A stretch of DNA of 64,000 bases from an uncultured bacterium (GTDB taxonomy: Bacteria > Verrucomicrobiota > Verrucomicrobiia > Verrucomicrobiales > DEV007): assembly GCA_963977015.1 (NCBI GenBank), contig CAXBMO010000009.1, forward strand, positions 1 through 64,000, given 5' to 3'. A model generated the notes under the pieces. It saw only the letters and a program-made list of their open reading frames with translations. It was not told the DNA's origin and ran no database searches. The translations under genes and the position numbers were made by a program. Shown here one piece after another: positions 30,668-41,154 of this stretch; the stretch's first letter is position 1, and every line of letters begins with the position of its first letter.

Positions 30668-30824
30668 GATGAGCATTGGAATCAAAAAAATCGCATCGAT
30701 TGGCCATCCGCTTGCCGATCTGAATAGAGCCGAGTCTCATGACAAAATGCCCGTCTCAACCAACACGACGTTTTCCTTTTCATAGCCCTTCACCCGCACA
30801 TCCAGACTTTTCAACCTAACTACT

Positions 30825-31718
30825 ATGGCCATTCTCGTTGACGAAAACACCAAGATCCTCATTCAGGGCATCACCGGCTCTTTTGGAGGCAAACACGCGC
30901 AACTCAGCCTCGACTATGGCACTCAGGTTGCCGCTGGAGTCACCCCCGGAAAAGGAGGCCAGATGTTCGCCGACCAAGTTCCGATTTTTGACACGGTCGA
31001 TGAAGCGGTCAAAGCAACCGGCGCAACGGTTTCCGCCGTTTTTGTTCCGCCTCCGTTTGCCGGAGACGCGATTCTTGAAGGTGTCGATGCCGGATTGGAT
31101 CTTGTCGTCGCGATTACGGAAGGAATTCCCGTGATGGACATGATGAAGGTCAAAGCCGCCATGGAGGGGTCCAAAACGCGGCTGATCGGCCCCAACTGCC
31201 CCGGAGTCGTGACTCCTGGTCGTGGCGAGAATTCTCACGGCGGCTGCCGAATTGGAATCGCGCCCGGTTACATTCACAAGCGCGGCAATGTTGGCATTGT
31301 ATCCCGCTCTGGAACGCTGACTTATGAAGCCGTTTGGCAGGTTTCAAACATGGGCCTCGGCCAGAGTACGTGTGTCGGTATCGGCGGAGATCCGATCAAC
31401 GGAACTTCGCATTTGGACGTTGTGAAAATGTTCAACGATGACCCGGAAACCGAATCCATCATCATGATCGGGGAGATTGGCGGAACTCGCGAGGAAGAAG
31501 CCGCCGCTTGGATCAAGGAGAACTGCAAGAAGCCCGTCGCGGCCTTCATCGCCGGAGCCACCGCGCCTCCCGGACGTCGCATGGGTCACGCCGGAGCCAT
31601 CATTTCAGGCGGTCAGGGAACTGCTGAAGCAAAAATCGAAGCACTCCAGGACGCCGGTATTTCGGTCGCGCAAACGCCTTCGGAAATGGGAGCAGCATTG
31701 AAACGGGCTCTCGGGTAA
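30825..31718 (+). CDS. sucD: succinyl-CoA synthetase alpha subunit
   Basis: [31 protein letters not shown], phospho-His RRMGHAGA. Confidence 0.98.
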   Translation: MAILVDENTKILIQGITGSFGGKHAQLSLDYGTQVAAGVTPGKGGQMFADQVPIFDTVDEAVKATGATVSAVFVPPPFAGDAILEGVDAGLDLVVAITEGIPVMDMMKVKAAMEGSKTRLIGPNCPGVVTPGRGENSHGGCRIGIAPGYIHKRGNVGIVSRSGTLTYEAVWQVSNMGLGQSTCVGIGGDPINGTSHLDVVKMFNDDPETESIIMIGEIGGTREEEAAAWIKENCKKPVAAFIAGATAPPGRRMGHAGAIISGGQGTAEAKIEALQDAGISVAQTPSEMGAALKRALG

Positions 31719-31821
31719 CTTGTTTGAAATTCACCAAGACAACTCGGTAGACTACTGCCGATTCCTATTTAAAGTGTTCAGACACTTCTCAAAGCCCTAA
31801 GAATAGCCAAGCAAAATCGTT

Positions 31822-32952
31822 ATGTCAGACCCTGTAATTGCCCGCGGACTAGAAGGAATTATCGCCAACGAATCCAAGTTGAGCGACGTTCAAGGGGCCG
31901 ACGGAAAGTTGTTCTATCTTGGCTACACCATTGACGATCTGGTCGAGAACGCGACTTACGAAGAAGTTCTTTACCTCCTGCATCGCGGCAAACTGCCGAA
32001 TCGGAGTGAACTCCACGCGCTCAACACGATTTTGCGGGAGCAGCGGACCCTTCCCAAAGGCGTCATCGACTATCTGCACAACGCGCCAAAGGACGCAGGT
32101 CCAATGGATGTCATTCGCACCGGAGTTTCCATGTTGGGACTCTACGACACCCGCGGCGACGACCAGAACCGGGATCTGAACGAAGAACGGGCCTTGAGCA
32201 TCTGCGCCAAGATCCCGCTGATCATTGGGATTTATCACCGGGTCCGCCAAGGCCTCGAAGTTCCTCCAATTCGGAAGGACCTTCGCGAAGCGGCACATTT
32301 CCTCTACCTCATCAACGGTGAAGAGCCTACGGAGTCGATGGCAAAGACCTTGGATGTTGCCTACATCCTTCATGCTGACCACGGCATGAACGCTTCCACC
32401 TTTAGCGCTCGCGTTACGGTCGCAACTCTCAGCGACATGTTTTCCGCCATTACGTCAGCAATTGGCACGCTGAAGGGACCACTTCACGGTGGAGCCAACG
32501 AAGGAGTCATTCACATGCTTCAAGAAATTGGCGAACCTGACCGGGTAGATGCCTGGGTCGAAGAAAGGTTGGCCAAAAAGGAGAAGATCATGGGAATCGG
32601 TCACCGCGTTTACAAAGTTCTCGATCCTCGTGCCCCGCACCTGCGGAAAATGGCGATCGAGATGACGAAAGATCTCGGCGAAACCAAGTGGATCGAAATG
32701 TCTGAGCGAATCGCGGAAATCATGCGCGAGCGCAAAGGACTGAACGCCAATGTCGATTTCTACTCCGCCACAGTTTACTATTCCCTGGGGATCCCGACCG
32801 ATTTGTTCACCCCGATTTTCGCGATCTCTCGTGCGGCAGGATGGACAGCCCAAGTGTTGGAACAGCTCGATGACAATCGACTATATCGTCCACTGACCCT
32901 TTACACGGGAAGTCACGACGCAAAAGCCGTTCCAATCGGGCAACGGGCTTAA
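31822..32952 (+). CDS. gltA: citrate synthase (short, type I-like)
   Basis: RGLEG, LHADHGMNASTF, GPLHGGANE, GIGHRVY, NVDFY; 2-methylcitrate synthase not excluded. Confidence 0.88.
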   Translation: MSDPVIARGLEGIIANESKLSDVQGADGKLFYLGYTIDDLVENATYEEVLYLLHRGKLPNRSELHALNTILREQRTLPKGVIDYLHNAPKDAGPMDVIRTGVSMLGLYDTRGDDQNRDLNEERALSICAKIPLIIGIYHRVRQGLEVPPIRKDLREAAHFLYLINGEEPTESMAKTLDVAYILHADHGMNASTFSARVTVATLSDMFSAITSAIGTLKGPLHGGANEGVIHMLQEIGEPDRVDAWVEERLAKKEKIMGIGHRVYKVLDPRAPHLRKMAIEMTKDLGETKWIEMSERIAEIMRERKGLNANVDFYSATVYYSLGIPTDLFTPIFAISRAAGWTAQVLEQLDDNRLYRPLTLYTGSHDAKAVPIGQRA

Positions 32953-32966
32953 GCCCCGTTTGAGTC

Positions 32967-33569
32967 TCAACCTCTCAAACTCCGTTCGTTTTCGCCAAAA
33001 TCGTTGGCGAGCTGCTCAAGCTTTTCCAACTGGGGAACTGGAATGCGATCAATTTCGATCCGTTCTCCTGAGCGGAGGAGAATGGAGAATACGCGGAGGT
33101 GTTCCCTTCCCTTGATGCGAACGCTGGCAAGGTGGATGTCGCTCCAGTAGTAGATATCGAAACTCAAGCTGCCATTCAGCTTCTGGTGGGCGATACAAAC
33201 ACGTCGATCCGTTACCGCGATGACGGCCGGTCCCTTGAGCCGGATCGGCGGCTTGTCTTGAACCGCAATGTAGTAGATTTCTTCGTCTTTGGCCGTGACG
33301 TCCGATAAATCCGCAAAAACCTGGCCAACCAGAGACCGGTCCTGGCCTTCGTCCTCGAAATTGGAAATGCCTTCGTGAAGCTCAAAGACTTCCCCGAGCG
33401 GCTTCCAGTCTTCAAGGCCGTCGAAATACACCAAATCCGACGATAAAATGTCGCCATCGTTCAGGAGATTGACGATTTGGTCTTGGCTGTAAGGTCCGAT
33501 CGGATCTTCCTCACCACCGCGAAGGATCGAGAAGATTTGATACTCCGGTAAGTCCGTTTTCGTGCTCAT
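32967..33569 (-). CDS. GYF_2 (DUF4339) domain plus probable bacterial PH domain protein
   Basis: GPYS...L..G.I...DLVY..GLEDWKPL; C-terminal AVTDRRV...YWSDI. Confidence 0.75.
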   Translation of the reverse strand: MSTKTDLPEYQIFSILRGGEEDPIGPYSQDQIVNLLNDGDILSSDLVYFDGLEDWKPLGEVFELHEGISNFEDEGQDRSLVGQVFADLSDVTAKDEEIYYIAVQDKPPIRLKGPAVIAVTDRRVCIAHQKLNGSLSFDIYYWSDIHLASVRIKGREHLRVFSILLRSGERIEIDRIPVPQLEKLEQLANDFGENERSLRG

Positions 33570-33666
33570 GCGTGCGTTTGGCTGATTTTCAGTCTGTCAG
33601 AATTCACTCAGACTACGAGTCATAATATCAAAATTTCCCCCACCAAACGGCAAGTCCACACCGTGT

Positions 33667-34107
33667 TCAGTTTTCGTTCGAATCGCTCAAAGACTGGGCT
33701 CCTTGATACAACTCCGTCCATTCTCTGGGAATCCGCAACGGTCGGCCTTTGGGCATTTGAACCAACGCCAATTGTTGTCGGCAGGTAATCAATAGAGCTT
33801 CGTCGGTTGGGCGAACCACTTCAAAACGCATCCAGAACCGGACTCTTTCCAAGCTTTCCAACTCTCCCCGGATTTCGATGACATCGCCCAGTCGCGCCGG
33901 CTTTCGATAGTCAATTTCCGTTCGCACGACCACGGGGTATTCCTGCCGATCAGCCATTTCGACAAGCTTCATTCCCATCTGAGCAGCAAGACGCGTCCGT
34001 GCGGTCTCAATCATCCGAAGATACGCGATGTTATGGACGACTCCACCGACGTCAGTATCGAAAAACATGACTTCTTCCGTAGTGATGATTCTGGGGACTT
34101 TATCCAT
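33667..34107 (-). CDS. acyl-CoA thioesterase (YbgC/4HBT family)
   Basis: DTDVGGVVHNIAYLRMIETAR, IDYRKPARLGD; start moved to ATG at 34107. Confidence 0.9.
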   Translation of the reverse strand: MDKVPRIITTEEVMFFDTDVGGVVHNIAYLRMIETARTRLAAQMGMKLVEMADRQEYPVVVRTEIDYRKPARLGDVIEIRGELESLERVRFWMRFEVVRPTDEALLITCRQQLALVQMPKGRPLRIPREWTELYQGAQSLSDSNEN

Positions 34108-34230
34108 TTGAATTGGTTTTAGCTCGACTATTGGAGGGCGAACCTTCAAACAGGTCAATTCTGACTCGCAAATCTTTTACGTGTCGCACTACCACAGAAC
34201 CTTTTTATCTTAAAGAATTGGCTTCTCCTC

Positions 34231-34259
34231 TTGCAGAACTCCTTTGCTCACGATAAAAT
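34231..34259 (+). promoter_or_regulatory. putative sigma70 promoter
   Basis: TTGCAG-17 nt-TAAAAT; a second TATAAT at 34269-34274. Confidence 0.45.
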
Positions 34260-34282
34260 TATGGTTTTTATAATATTTAGTT

Positions 34283-34702
34283 ATGTCCGAGCACAACAGC
34301 CCTGATCCAACCCCCGCCAATCATCTCGACGAAGTCCAAAGCTTGATTGCTCAGATCGTCATGCAGATGGCGCGCAAAGTAACTCAACTTCGCAAGGAAA
34401 ACGAGAGAGGTTCCAACGACATTCCCCAGCGGGTCAAAGAAACCGCGGCTCATCTTTCCGAAGCCATCGATCGCCTCGAATCACGAGTGTCAATTCCTGC
34501 GGGTTCACCGGAGCTTGGTCCGGTCCAGGTTGAGCGGCAAAAGATGCTTTCGCGGGTTCATGACCTGCGGGTTTATCTTCACTCTGAGCTCGCCGCAGTT
34601 CTTGAGACCGAAAAAACGCCGCTTTCCGGAAATCTCGCCAGCTCTCTGGCGGCGCTCATTGCAGCCGAAAGCACCGAGTTTCCCGAACCATCGCTCAACT
34701 AG
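34283..34702 (+). CDS. hypothetical protein
   Basis: 139-aa helical ORF behind an AT-rich promoter. Confidence 0.7.
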   Translation: MSEHNSPDPTPANHLDEVQSLIAQIVMQMARKVTQLRKENERGSNDIPQRVKETAAHLSEAIDRLESRVSIPAGSPELGPVQVERQKMLSRVHDLRVYLHSELAAVLETEKTPLSGNLASSLAALIAAESTEFPEPSLN

Positions 34703-34819
34703 CCAATTCTCCGGATATCCGGAAAAAACGACACAGACTTTGGCGTTGCCAAGTCAGAGCGTTATGTGTTTGCTAGCCGCCAAGCACCCACGCTTGCCCT
34801 TCCCCCTTCCTAAAGTTAA

Positions 34820-35296
34820 TTGGCCGATTTCATGGGACCTTTACCCGTTGTTCACCTCAGTATGTTTCTGCTCCGCTGTTTCAGCGGACTAATTCTCATC
34901 TATTATCAAGGTTGGGCCCAAGTCCGCTTGGGATGGAATCACGTTTGGAAGAACGATCCATGGCCACTCGTTCTGCACTTCGCGGATTTCCCGACACCTG
35001 TCGCAATCTTCTTTTCCGTGATGATCGCGGTGTTTTTCTTCCTCAGCCCGCTTCTTTTGGCGCTCGGATTTTTGACTCGTCTCAATGCGCTGTCGATTTT
35101 CATCGGAATCCTCGTCGCCGTCTACAATGACCTGGGCGACAAGCTCTCCGCGACAGAATTGACGTCGCAGACCATTCTCCTCTTTCTGCTGATCAACGTC
35201 TTCTTCATTCTCAATGGTGGCGGAATGTTAGCGACCGATCGCCTTTTCGACACCCGCCGCGGAAGAAGTCGAATGGCCGGCAGCCTTTATTCGTAG
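34820..35296 (+). CDS. DoxX-family membrane protein
   Basis: LLR...G, LLALGFLTR, GGGMLATD; four TM; start uncertain (TTG 34820 or ATG 34832). Confidence 0.75.
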   Translation: MADFMGPLPVVHLSMFLLRCFSGLILIYYQGWAQVRLGWNHVWKNDPWPLVLHFADFPTPVAIFFSVMIAVFFFLSPLLLALGFLTRLNALSIFIGILVAVYNDLGDKLSATELTSQTILLFLLINVFFILNGGGMLATDRLFDTRRGRSRMAGSLYS

Positions 35297-35303
35297 ACTC
35301 TGT

Positions 35304-35846
35304 ATGGATCACGTTCTTTACGAAGGGAAATACCTGAAACTCGGCCACGATGAGGGAAAGACCTGGGAGTACGTGACTCGGGCAAACGCGACCGGGGTAG
35401 TCGCGGTATTGGCAATCACCGAGAATCGGGAAATCCTGGTGGTGGAACAATTCCGACCACCTCTCGGCAAAAACGTGATCGAGCTCCCCGCCGGACTGGC
35501 CGGTGACGAGCCATTCAAGGAAGAGGAACCCTTCGTCAGCGCCGCGAAACGGGAGCTCTACGAAGAAACGGGATACGAAGCGAAAAAGTGGTGGAGCCTC
35601 TTCGCTGGCCCGACCTCCAGTGGAATGAGCGATGAAGCGATCACGTTCTTTCTCGCCACCGAACTCACGAAAGTGAGTGATCGCGATCGCTTTGGCGTGG
35701 GAAACGAAAGCATCAAGCTGCATCACGTGCCCATTGGCGAAGTCCTGGATTTCGCGCGTCGCTGCGCCGATGACGGGAAGGATGTAGACTTCAAGATTTA
35801 CGCGGCGCTCTATGTTGCGCGGCAGCATCCGATGTTTCCCGCTTAA
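35304..35846 (+). CDS. NUDIX hydrolase (ADP-ribose pyrophosphatase-like)
   Basis: VEQFRPP, IELPAGL, AAKRELYEETGY. Confidence 0.92.
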   Translation: MDHVLYEGKYLKLGHDEGKTWEYVTRANATGVVAVLAITENREILVVEQFRPPLGKNVIELPAGLAGDEPFKEEEPFVSAAKRELYEETGYEAKKWWSLFAGPTSSGMSDEAITFFLATELTKVSDRDRFGVGNESIKLHHVPIGEVLDFARRCADDGKDVDFKIYAALYVARQHPMFPA

Positions 35847-35861
35847 GCTCGGAATCGGCAA

Positions 35862-38807
35862 TCAGCGCAGCTCACTCAAATAGCGAACGAGATCGCGGAG
35901 TTCTTCGCGAGACAAACTCGCCGTAAGCCCAGCCGGCATCAACGTTCCAACATCGTTTCGATTCGCGATCTGGCTGTGGCGAATCGGTTCGCTCTTTCCC
36001 GAGATCACGTCGCGCAGCCAGAGAACTCCTTTCTCGTCGCGGTCCCGATATCCATTGTAAACGCGCCCTTCTTTCGTGGTGACGGAGACGGAGAAATAGC
36101 CTTCCTTGAGCTGGCGCTCCGGCCACAGGATCGCTTCGATGAGAAGATCAACCGGCAAGCCCGCGCCAACCGTTGTCAGCTGTGGCCCCAGAACGCCGCC
36201 CTTCCCCTCGATCGCATGGCAGGCGACACAACTCAGCAAGGGAGATTCATAGACTCGCTTCCCATTGTCCGCATTTCCAGATTTGCGGACTTCCTCAGCA
36301 AGTTTCTGAACAAAGTCCGCATGATAGGTCGCCGCGACTGCTGACGTTCCACGCTTCTTCTGAAGCACCGACACCAGCCCTTGATCACTTCGCCCCAGGC
36401 TGGCGAGCGCCTGCGTTAGATAATCGACGACGGAAAGAGGAAGGTCCCGCTCCTTCAGCTGTTCCGCCAGGATGGCGCTTCCATGGTCACGCTCGAGAAA
36501 TGGAGCAAGGAGCAAAGCCGCTTCATCCGCATTTTGAATCGAGGGAAGTAGCTCGGAGGTGAGTTTCGCGGCGTTTTCCAAATCCAGATTCGCCAATCCC
36601 GCAATTGCGGACTGTTTGAGGGTCAGGCTTGTATCACTGGCGATGACACTGGCAAAAAGCGCAGGGTCTCCGGCCTTGGGAATGGTGGCGGCGGCAAGCA
36701 GGGCGGCTTGCCGAACCTCTTCCGCAACTGCAGGATCGCGAGCCAGCGTTACGATGGGTTGTGCAAGTGGTTGCACCTTCCAGAGTCCGGCCAACTGAAT
36801 GGCGTGAACACGCAAGGAATTCGAATCGGAATGCAACGCTGGTTTCAACAACGCCGCGAGGTCTCCCTTCGGCTGAGTTTGCCGAACCCGTGTGGTTTGT
36901 CCCAACACGTTGAGCAATTCCTGATCCAAAGGAAGAGCCTCCAATGCCATCCTCAGGTGATCCGGCTTACCAACCTGGGCAAGAGCAAGGAAAAGCTCCC
37001 GCTTCTCGGATTTCGTGGATGAATCGAGCAAATCCAGCAGCACCTGGATTCCTTCAGAACTTCCCAGAGTTTCCACCGCAAATGCAAGGTGCCTCGACGA
37101 ATCGAAATTGAACGTTCCCGTTTGCAAGGCCGGTAACCAGGCGTCGCTGAGGGCGTGGGTTGCCTGAACCAGCGCGTAGTCGAGAAAGGTATCGCGAGGA
37201 GCGTTGAGCGCGCGCAGCGCAATTTTCTGAGCCTCGGGTGTCCCGACATGGCTTGCCGCGACGATGGACTCCATCCGCACTCTCGGATCTTCGTCGGCAA
37301 TCGCGACTTCGAGCAGCTTTTCCGGCTCCCCCAAATGCTCAGCCCAGCGACCAATCATGCGAGCGGCATAGGCTCTCTGGGGAACGCCCAGCGCCTTGAG
37401 AGAATGCCGAATAGCGTCGTCGTTGATTCGGAATTGTTGCGCTTCGCGTGCCCAGGTGACCTCCATGGCATGAACGTTCCCTTTGGGCTCGAAATCCATC
37501 GCTTCAGTAAAATCCTCGGACGACAGATCCGCCAGTCGTCGCCGGGCCTGGTATCGCACCCAGCGTTCCGGAGATTGGAGATGAGTTTGCAGCAGTTCGC
37601 GGGCGTTTGCTCTCTCCAGGTCGGGAGTTTCGATGAGCGCCCTCCCCTTTCTCGTGATTCGCCATATCCGGCCATGGACGGTATCTCGATCCGGATGCCG
37701 CAAGGACGCCTGGTAATGCCCAATAATCGGGTTAAACCAATCCGCGACATAAATCGCACCATCAGGACCGACCTTGACCTCGACCGGGCGAAAACTGGTG
37801 TGCCGCGAAATCAGCAACTCGGTCCCCTTCGTTTCGCGGAATCCTGCACCGTCGGGTTCCAAGGGAAACGCGGTGACCCGATTGGCAAAGTATCCGGCAA
37901 TCAGCACATGATCGTTCAGCTCCGGGAGGTGACTGGATTCGACGAATTCACATCCCATGCTCTTTCCCGGGGTGGTTGCGACGGTCGCGCGTTGCATCAG
38001 TTCCTCGTAATGCATTGTCGGAATGATTCCCGGAGAAACGTAACCCAACTGGGTATTGTTCGATTTCAGAAACATGGATCCCCATCGATCCCAGCCCATG
38101 CCCCAGGGATTCTGCGACGCCATGCTTCCCATGCAAAACGGCTCCAGCTTTTGCTCACGAATCCGCAATCGCCAAAACCCAGCCTCTTCTCCCCGAACAA
38201 TTCCCCACGGCGTTTCAACGCGACTGAAGTTGTGGAGCCCTTGGGAGAACCAGAGGTCGCCAGCCGGTCCCCAACTCAGCGAGTTGATATTCTGGTGAGT
38301 GTCGCCCGTCCCGAAACCGGTCAGAAGCAATTCCCGCTGATCGGCTTTGCCGTCGGAATCACTGTCGCTCAAAAAATAGAGGCCCTCGCCTTCCGCCAGG
38401 TAAACTCCGCCATGGCCAAGCGCGAAACCGGTCGGCATGTTCAGTCCATCCGCCCAAACCTGAGTTTGATCGACTCGACCATCGCCGTCGGTGTCTTCCA
38501 GAATCAGAAGTTGATCATCGGGCTGCCGTCCGGGCTCTACCTGGGCATAAGCCAGAGTGGTCAATACCCAAAGCCGCCCCGCCGGATCCCAATGGATGGC
38601 GATCGGATTGGCAATTCCATCCGCTTCCGAGGCGAACAGATTGACTTCGTAACCTTCGGCGAGTTCAAACTGCGCCATCTCGGCCTCCGGTGAGTTGTCG
38701 GCGGCTCGTTCGGCGACCGAGATTCCCACGCGTTCGGCGCCGTGCGCGGCGATTCCAAAACCAACAATCGAGAGGACGGAAAGGAGCTTAGGGGTTGGCC
38801 ATTTCAT
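35862..38807 (-). CDS. PVC-type heme-binding CxxCH protein (dehydrogenase-like beta-propeller, HEAT repeats, cytochrome c)
   Basis: Signal peptide, EDTDGDGRVD, NPWG, FRPV...GPDGAIYVADW, GRIWR, CVACH...GPQL...LMP. Confidence 0.9.
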   Translation of the reverse strand: MKWPTPKLLSVLSIVGFGIAAHGAERVGISVAERAADNSPEAEMAQFELAEGYEVNLFASEADGIANPIAIHWDPAGRLWVLTTLAYAQVEPGRQPDDQLLILEDTDGDGRVDQTQVWADGLNMPTGFALGHGGVYLAEGEGLYFLSDSDSDGKADQRELLLTGFGTGDTHQNINSLSWGPAGDLWFSQGLHNFSRVETPWGIVRGEEAGFWRLRIREQKLEPFCMGSMASQNPWGMGWDRWGSMFLKSNNTQLGYVSPGIIPTMHYEELMQRATVATTPGKSMGCEFVESSHLPELNDHVLIAGYFANRVTAFPLEPDGAGFRETKGTELLISRHTSFRPVEVKVGPDGAIYVADWFNPIIGHYQASLRHPDRDTVHGRIWRITRKGRALIETPDLERANARELLQTHLQSPERWVRYQARRRLADLSSEDFTEAMDFEPKGNVHAMEVTWAREAQQFRINDDAIRHSLKALGVPQRAYAARMIGRWAEHLGEPEKLLEVAIADEDPRVRMESIVAASHVGTPEAQKIALRALNAPRDTFLDYALVQATHALSDAWLPALQTGTFNFDSSRHLAFAVETLGSSEGIQVLLDLLDSSTKSEKRELFLALAQVGKPDHLRMALEALPLDQELLNVLGQTTRVRQTQPKGDLAALLKPALHSDSNSLRVHAIQLAGLWKVQPLAQPIVTLARDPAVAEEVRQAALLAAATIPKAGDPALFASVIASDTSLTLKQSAIAGLANLDLENAAKLTSELLPSIQNADEAALLLAPFLERDHGSAILAEQLKERDLPLSVVDYLTQALASLGRSDQGLVSVLQKKRGTSAVAATYHADFVQKLAEEVRKSGNADNGKRVYESPLLSCVACHAIEGKGGVLGPQLTTVGAGLPVDLLIEAILWPERQLKEGYFSVSVTTKEGRVYNGYRDRDEKGVLWLRDVISGKSEPIRHSQIANRNDVGTLMPAGLTASLSREELRDLVRYLSELR

Positions 38808-39780
38808 AAATTTGCATCTCCAACTTGGTGATCATCGGCAAAGCCCGCTCCAATTCGAACGGGAACCAACGCTTCTCGCTGTCTTCATGATCCCGGCTGC
38901 TGGGGACATGCTGACGATCACCGTAGAGAAAGGCCCAATTGGTCGGACGAAAATACTGATACCAAATCTGGTTTTTCCGCTGGATCACCGACCGCAGGGA
39001 CACCGTCGAACTCCAGTCGATGTCGGTGGAGCGATTGGTGACTTGCATGACAAGGCGTTCCGCGATCGCCTCTTTTCCTGCCTCATTCAGATGAATCCCG
39101 TTGGTCGAATAGGCGCGATCGGGTTCGAACTGATACAAATCCGCAAAAAAGAGATCCCGTTCGCCGCTCAGTTCGGCAATGGCCATGCAATACGACACGA
39201 GGACCCGATTGCGCTCTTCCGCCAACTGCGCAGCTGGTCCGGTCTCGAAAAATGGCGTCGGCGTCACGACAATTACGCGAGGAGTGATCTCCATCAACGC
39301 ATCGAGCATCTTTCCGTAGACTTCCCGAAACTGCGGAAGAGCGTCCATTCCATCGAGCGATTCCAATTTGCCGAAGCGAACGAAAATCGTATCCGGCTGA
39401 ACCCGCTTTCGAGTGTCGTGAGTGCTTCCTGGCCGTTGATCCCTGTTTTCGGAGTCATAAAAATACAGTGGGCGCTGTTGGCGGTACACCGTGTCGGCCT
39501 GCCAGGCGAGATTACGGCATTGCAGCTTCTTCCCGGGCCAGGCGAGATGAAGCAGCGCCTCGAAATGACCGCCAAATTGCTCCTGCTCGACATTCGTTCC
39601 TCCCAGAAACGCAATGACTTCGCCAACGCGGGGCTCCCATCGTTCACCGATCGGCTCAACGGTTGATTGGAGCGGCTCCATTGCACGAAGCGCACCAAAC
39701 GCATCATCTCCAAGCGGTTTCCCAGCGTGAAGCTGGCTGGCAAGCAAAAGCGCTAAAACGAACGTGGCAGATCCCTTCAT
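38788..39780 (-). CDS. SGNH/GDSL-like exported protein
   Basis: Signal peptide from ATG 39780 (MKGSATFVLALLLASQLHA); IAFLGGT, RNLAWQADTV, NGIHLN. Confidence 0.8.
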   Translation of the reverse strand: MKGSATFVLALLLASQLHAGKPLGDDAFGALRAMEPLQSTVEPIGERWEPRVGEVIAFLGGTNVEQEQFGGHFEALLHLAWPGKKLQCRNLAWQADTVYRQQRPLYFYDSENRDQRPGSTHDTRKRVQPDTIFVRFGKLESLDGMDALPQFREVYGKMLDALMEITPRVIVVTPTPFFETGPAAQLAEERNRVLVSYCMAIAELSGERDLFFADLYQFEPDRAYSTNGIHLNEAGKEAIAERLVMQVTNRSTDIDWSSTVSLRSVIQRKNQIWYQYFRPTNWAFLYGDRQHVPSSRDHEDSEKRWFPFELERALPMITKLEMQIYEMANP

Positions 39781-39856
39781 AGTTTGATGGCGGCCCAAAG
39801 TGGAAACTAAAACCCCTTCAGTTGCAACCAACCACGAGGCGAAGCCCCGAATCGTT

Positions 39857-40330
39857 TCACAATTGAAAGAGCGAAGTGCCATCCTCACAGGCTTTTTCCA
39901 AAACCTTCCTGCGATGCGCAAAAATTCCAGCGACCACCCGGTCCACGAACAACCAATGGGCAATCCATCCGATCGGCCCCCACCCCACATGATAGTGGAC
40001 CACATCCGTCATCCTCACTCCGCCCTCAATTTCCTCGAAGGTGTGACGATGATACCAAAGCTTGTAGGGTCCCACTCGTTGATCGTCAATAAACTCGCGG
40101 CCCTTCTCAACGTGGACAATCTCGGTGATCCAGGTCGACCAAATCAGCGGTGCGAGACGAATCCTATAGCCGATGATCTGCCCTTCGTGCATCGTTTCGC
40201 TTTCCAGCGAAGTGATCTGGAACTTCATCCACGGCGGCACCAGTTTTTGCAGATTTCGTGGCGAGGAAAAAAACTCCCACGCCTCATCCAAACTCATCGG
40301 CACATCTTGTTCCTGGCGTAGCAACTTCAT
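39857..40330 (-). CDS. SRPBCC-family protein
   Basis: WEFFSSPRNL...PP, W.TEI, FIDDQRVGPY..W.H.H.F, IFAHR; start moved to ATG 40330. Confidence 0.88.
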   Translation of the reverse strand: MKLLRQEQDVPMSLDEAWEFFSSPRNLQKLVPPWMKFQITSLESETMHEGQIIGYRIRLAPLIWSTWITEIVHVEKGREFIDDQRVGPYKLWYHRHTFEEIEGGVRMTDVVHYHVGWGPIGWIAHWLFVDRVVAGIFAHRRKVLEKACEDGTSLFQL

Positions 40331-40335
40331 CGCAG

Positions 40336-41088
40336 TCAGGTTACGATCAGCCACGCCGCGCCGGCTGCCGAGAGGCAAAAAAGAACCCACTCGAAGGCCT
40401 TTTGGGGGATTCTTTTCACGATTTGGCGACCGATGTAGATTCCCAGGAGAATGGCGGGCAGCAAGGCAAGATCCAGTTTTATCGTCCGCTCGTTGATGAT
40501 TCCAAGATCAAGATTGAATGGCACTTTCAGGAGGTTGATACAAAGAAAGAACCGGGCTCCAATCCCGAGGAAATCCTCTTTGGACAGGTTTTTGACCAAC
40601 GCCCAGATAGAATACGCAGGGCCGGCGGCGTTTGCGACCGTTGTCGAAGTTCCAATCGCCAATCCCGAACTGATGAGAAAACTTCGCGAATCCGGCAAAT
40701 GCTCCAGAAAAGACTGACTTCGCGCACGCACGATCTGCAGAACCAGCATCGCCGCAATCGTCCAGCCGATCGCCCGCTTCATCGTCGTGTCGTCCTGAAT
40801 TTGACCGAGAATCCAATAACCGATCAATACACCAACCACGGCTGGAATCATGAGCGGCCATACCTTCCCCCAACTGGAATAGCGGCGGTAAATCGGATAG
40901 ATCACCAAGTCGCAAAACACGAGCATTGGTAAAACGATTCCCACCGATTCCTTTCCAAACAGATGCGCCATGATGATGACGTTGAGCAACGCCAGGCCGG
41001 GCAAACCGGTTTTCGACATCCCGAGGCTGAAAGCGCCGAGAAGTGTAAGCGCATAAACCGCCGGTGTGATTTCGAGAAGTGGGATCAA
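40336..41088 (-). CDS. TauE/SafE-family membrane protein
   Basis: GMSKTGLPG, LPML..CD, TTVANAAGP, NLLKVPF; multiple TM. Confidence 0.88.
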   Translation of the reverse strand: MIPLLEITPAVYALTLLGAFSLGMSKTGLPGLALLNVIIMAHLFGKESVGIVLPMLVFCDLVIYPIYRRYSSWGKVWPLMIPAVVGVLIGYWILGQIQDDTTMKRAIGWTIAAMLVLQIVRARSQSFLEHLPDSRSFLISSGLAIGTSTTVANAAGPAYSIWALVKNLSKEDFLGIGARFFLCINLLKVPFNLDLGIINERTIKLDLALLPAILLGIYIGRQIVKRIPQKAFEWVLFCLSAAGAAWLIVT

Positions 41089-41154
41089 GTCGGCGGCTGT
41101 TCTCGCCCGAGTTGGTTCTTCCTTCCAGAGAAATCCTCAGGTTTTGGGAAACAC

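Noticed and set aside
37155-39666. Long plus-strand ORFs (512 aa and 323 aa)
   Set aside because: Antisense shadows of the heme-binding and SGNH genes; no motifs; expected in GC-rich coding DNA
39781-40005. N-terminal extensions given by the ORF track (also 40331-40390, 42922-43002, 34108-34158)
   Set aside because: Overlap neighbouring genes or precede a clearly better ATG with signal peptide or domain start
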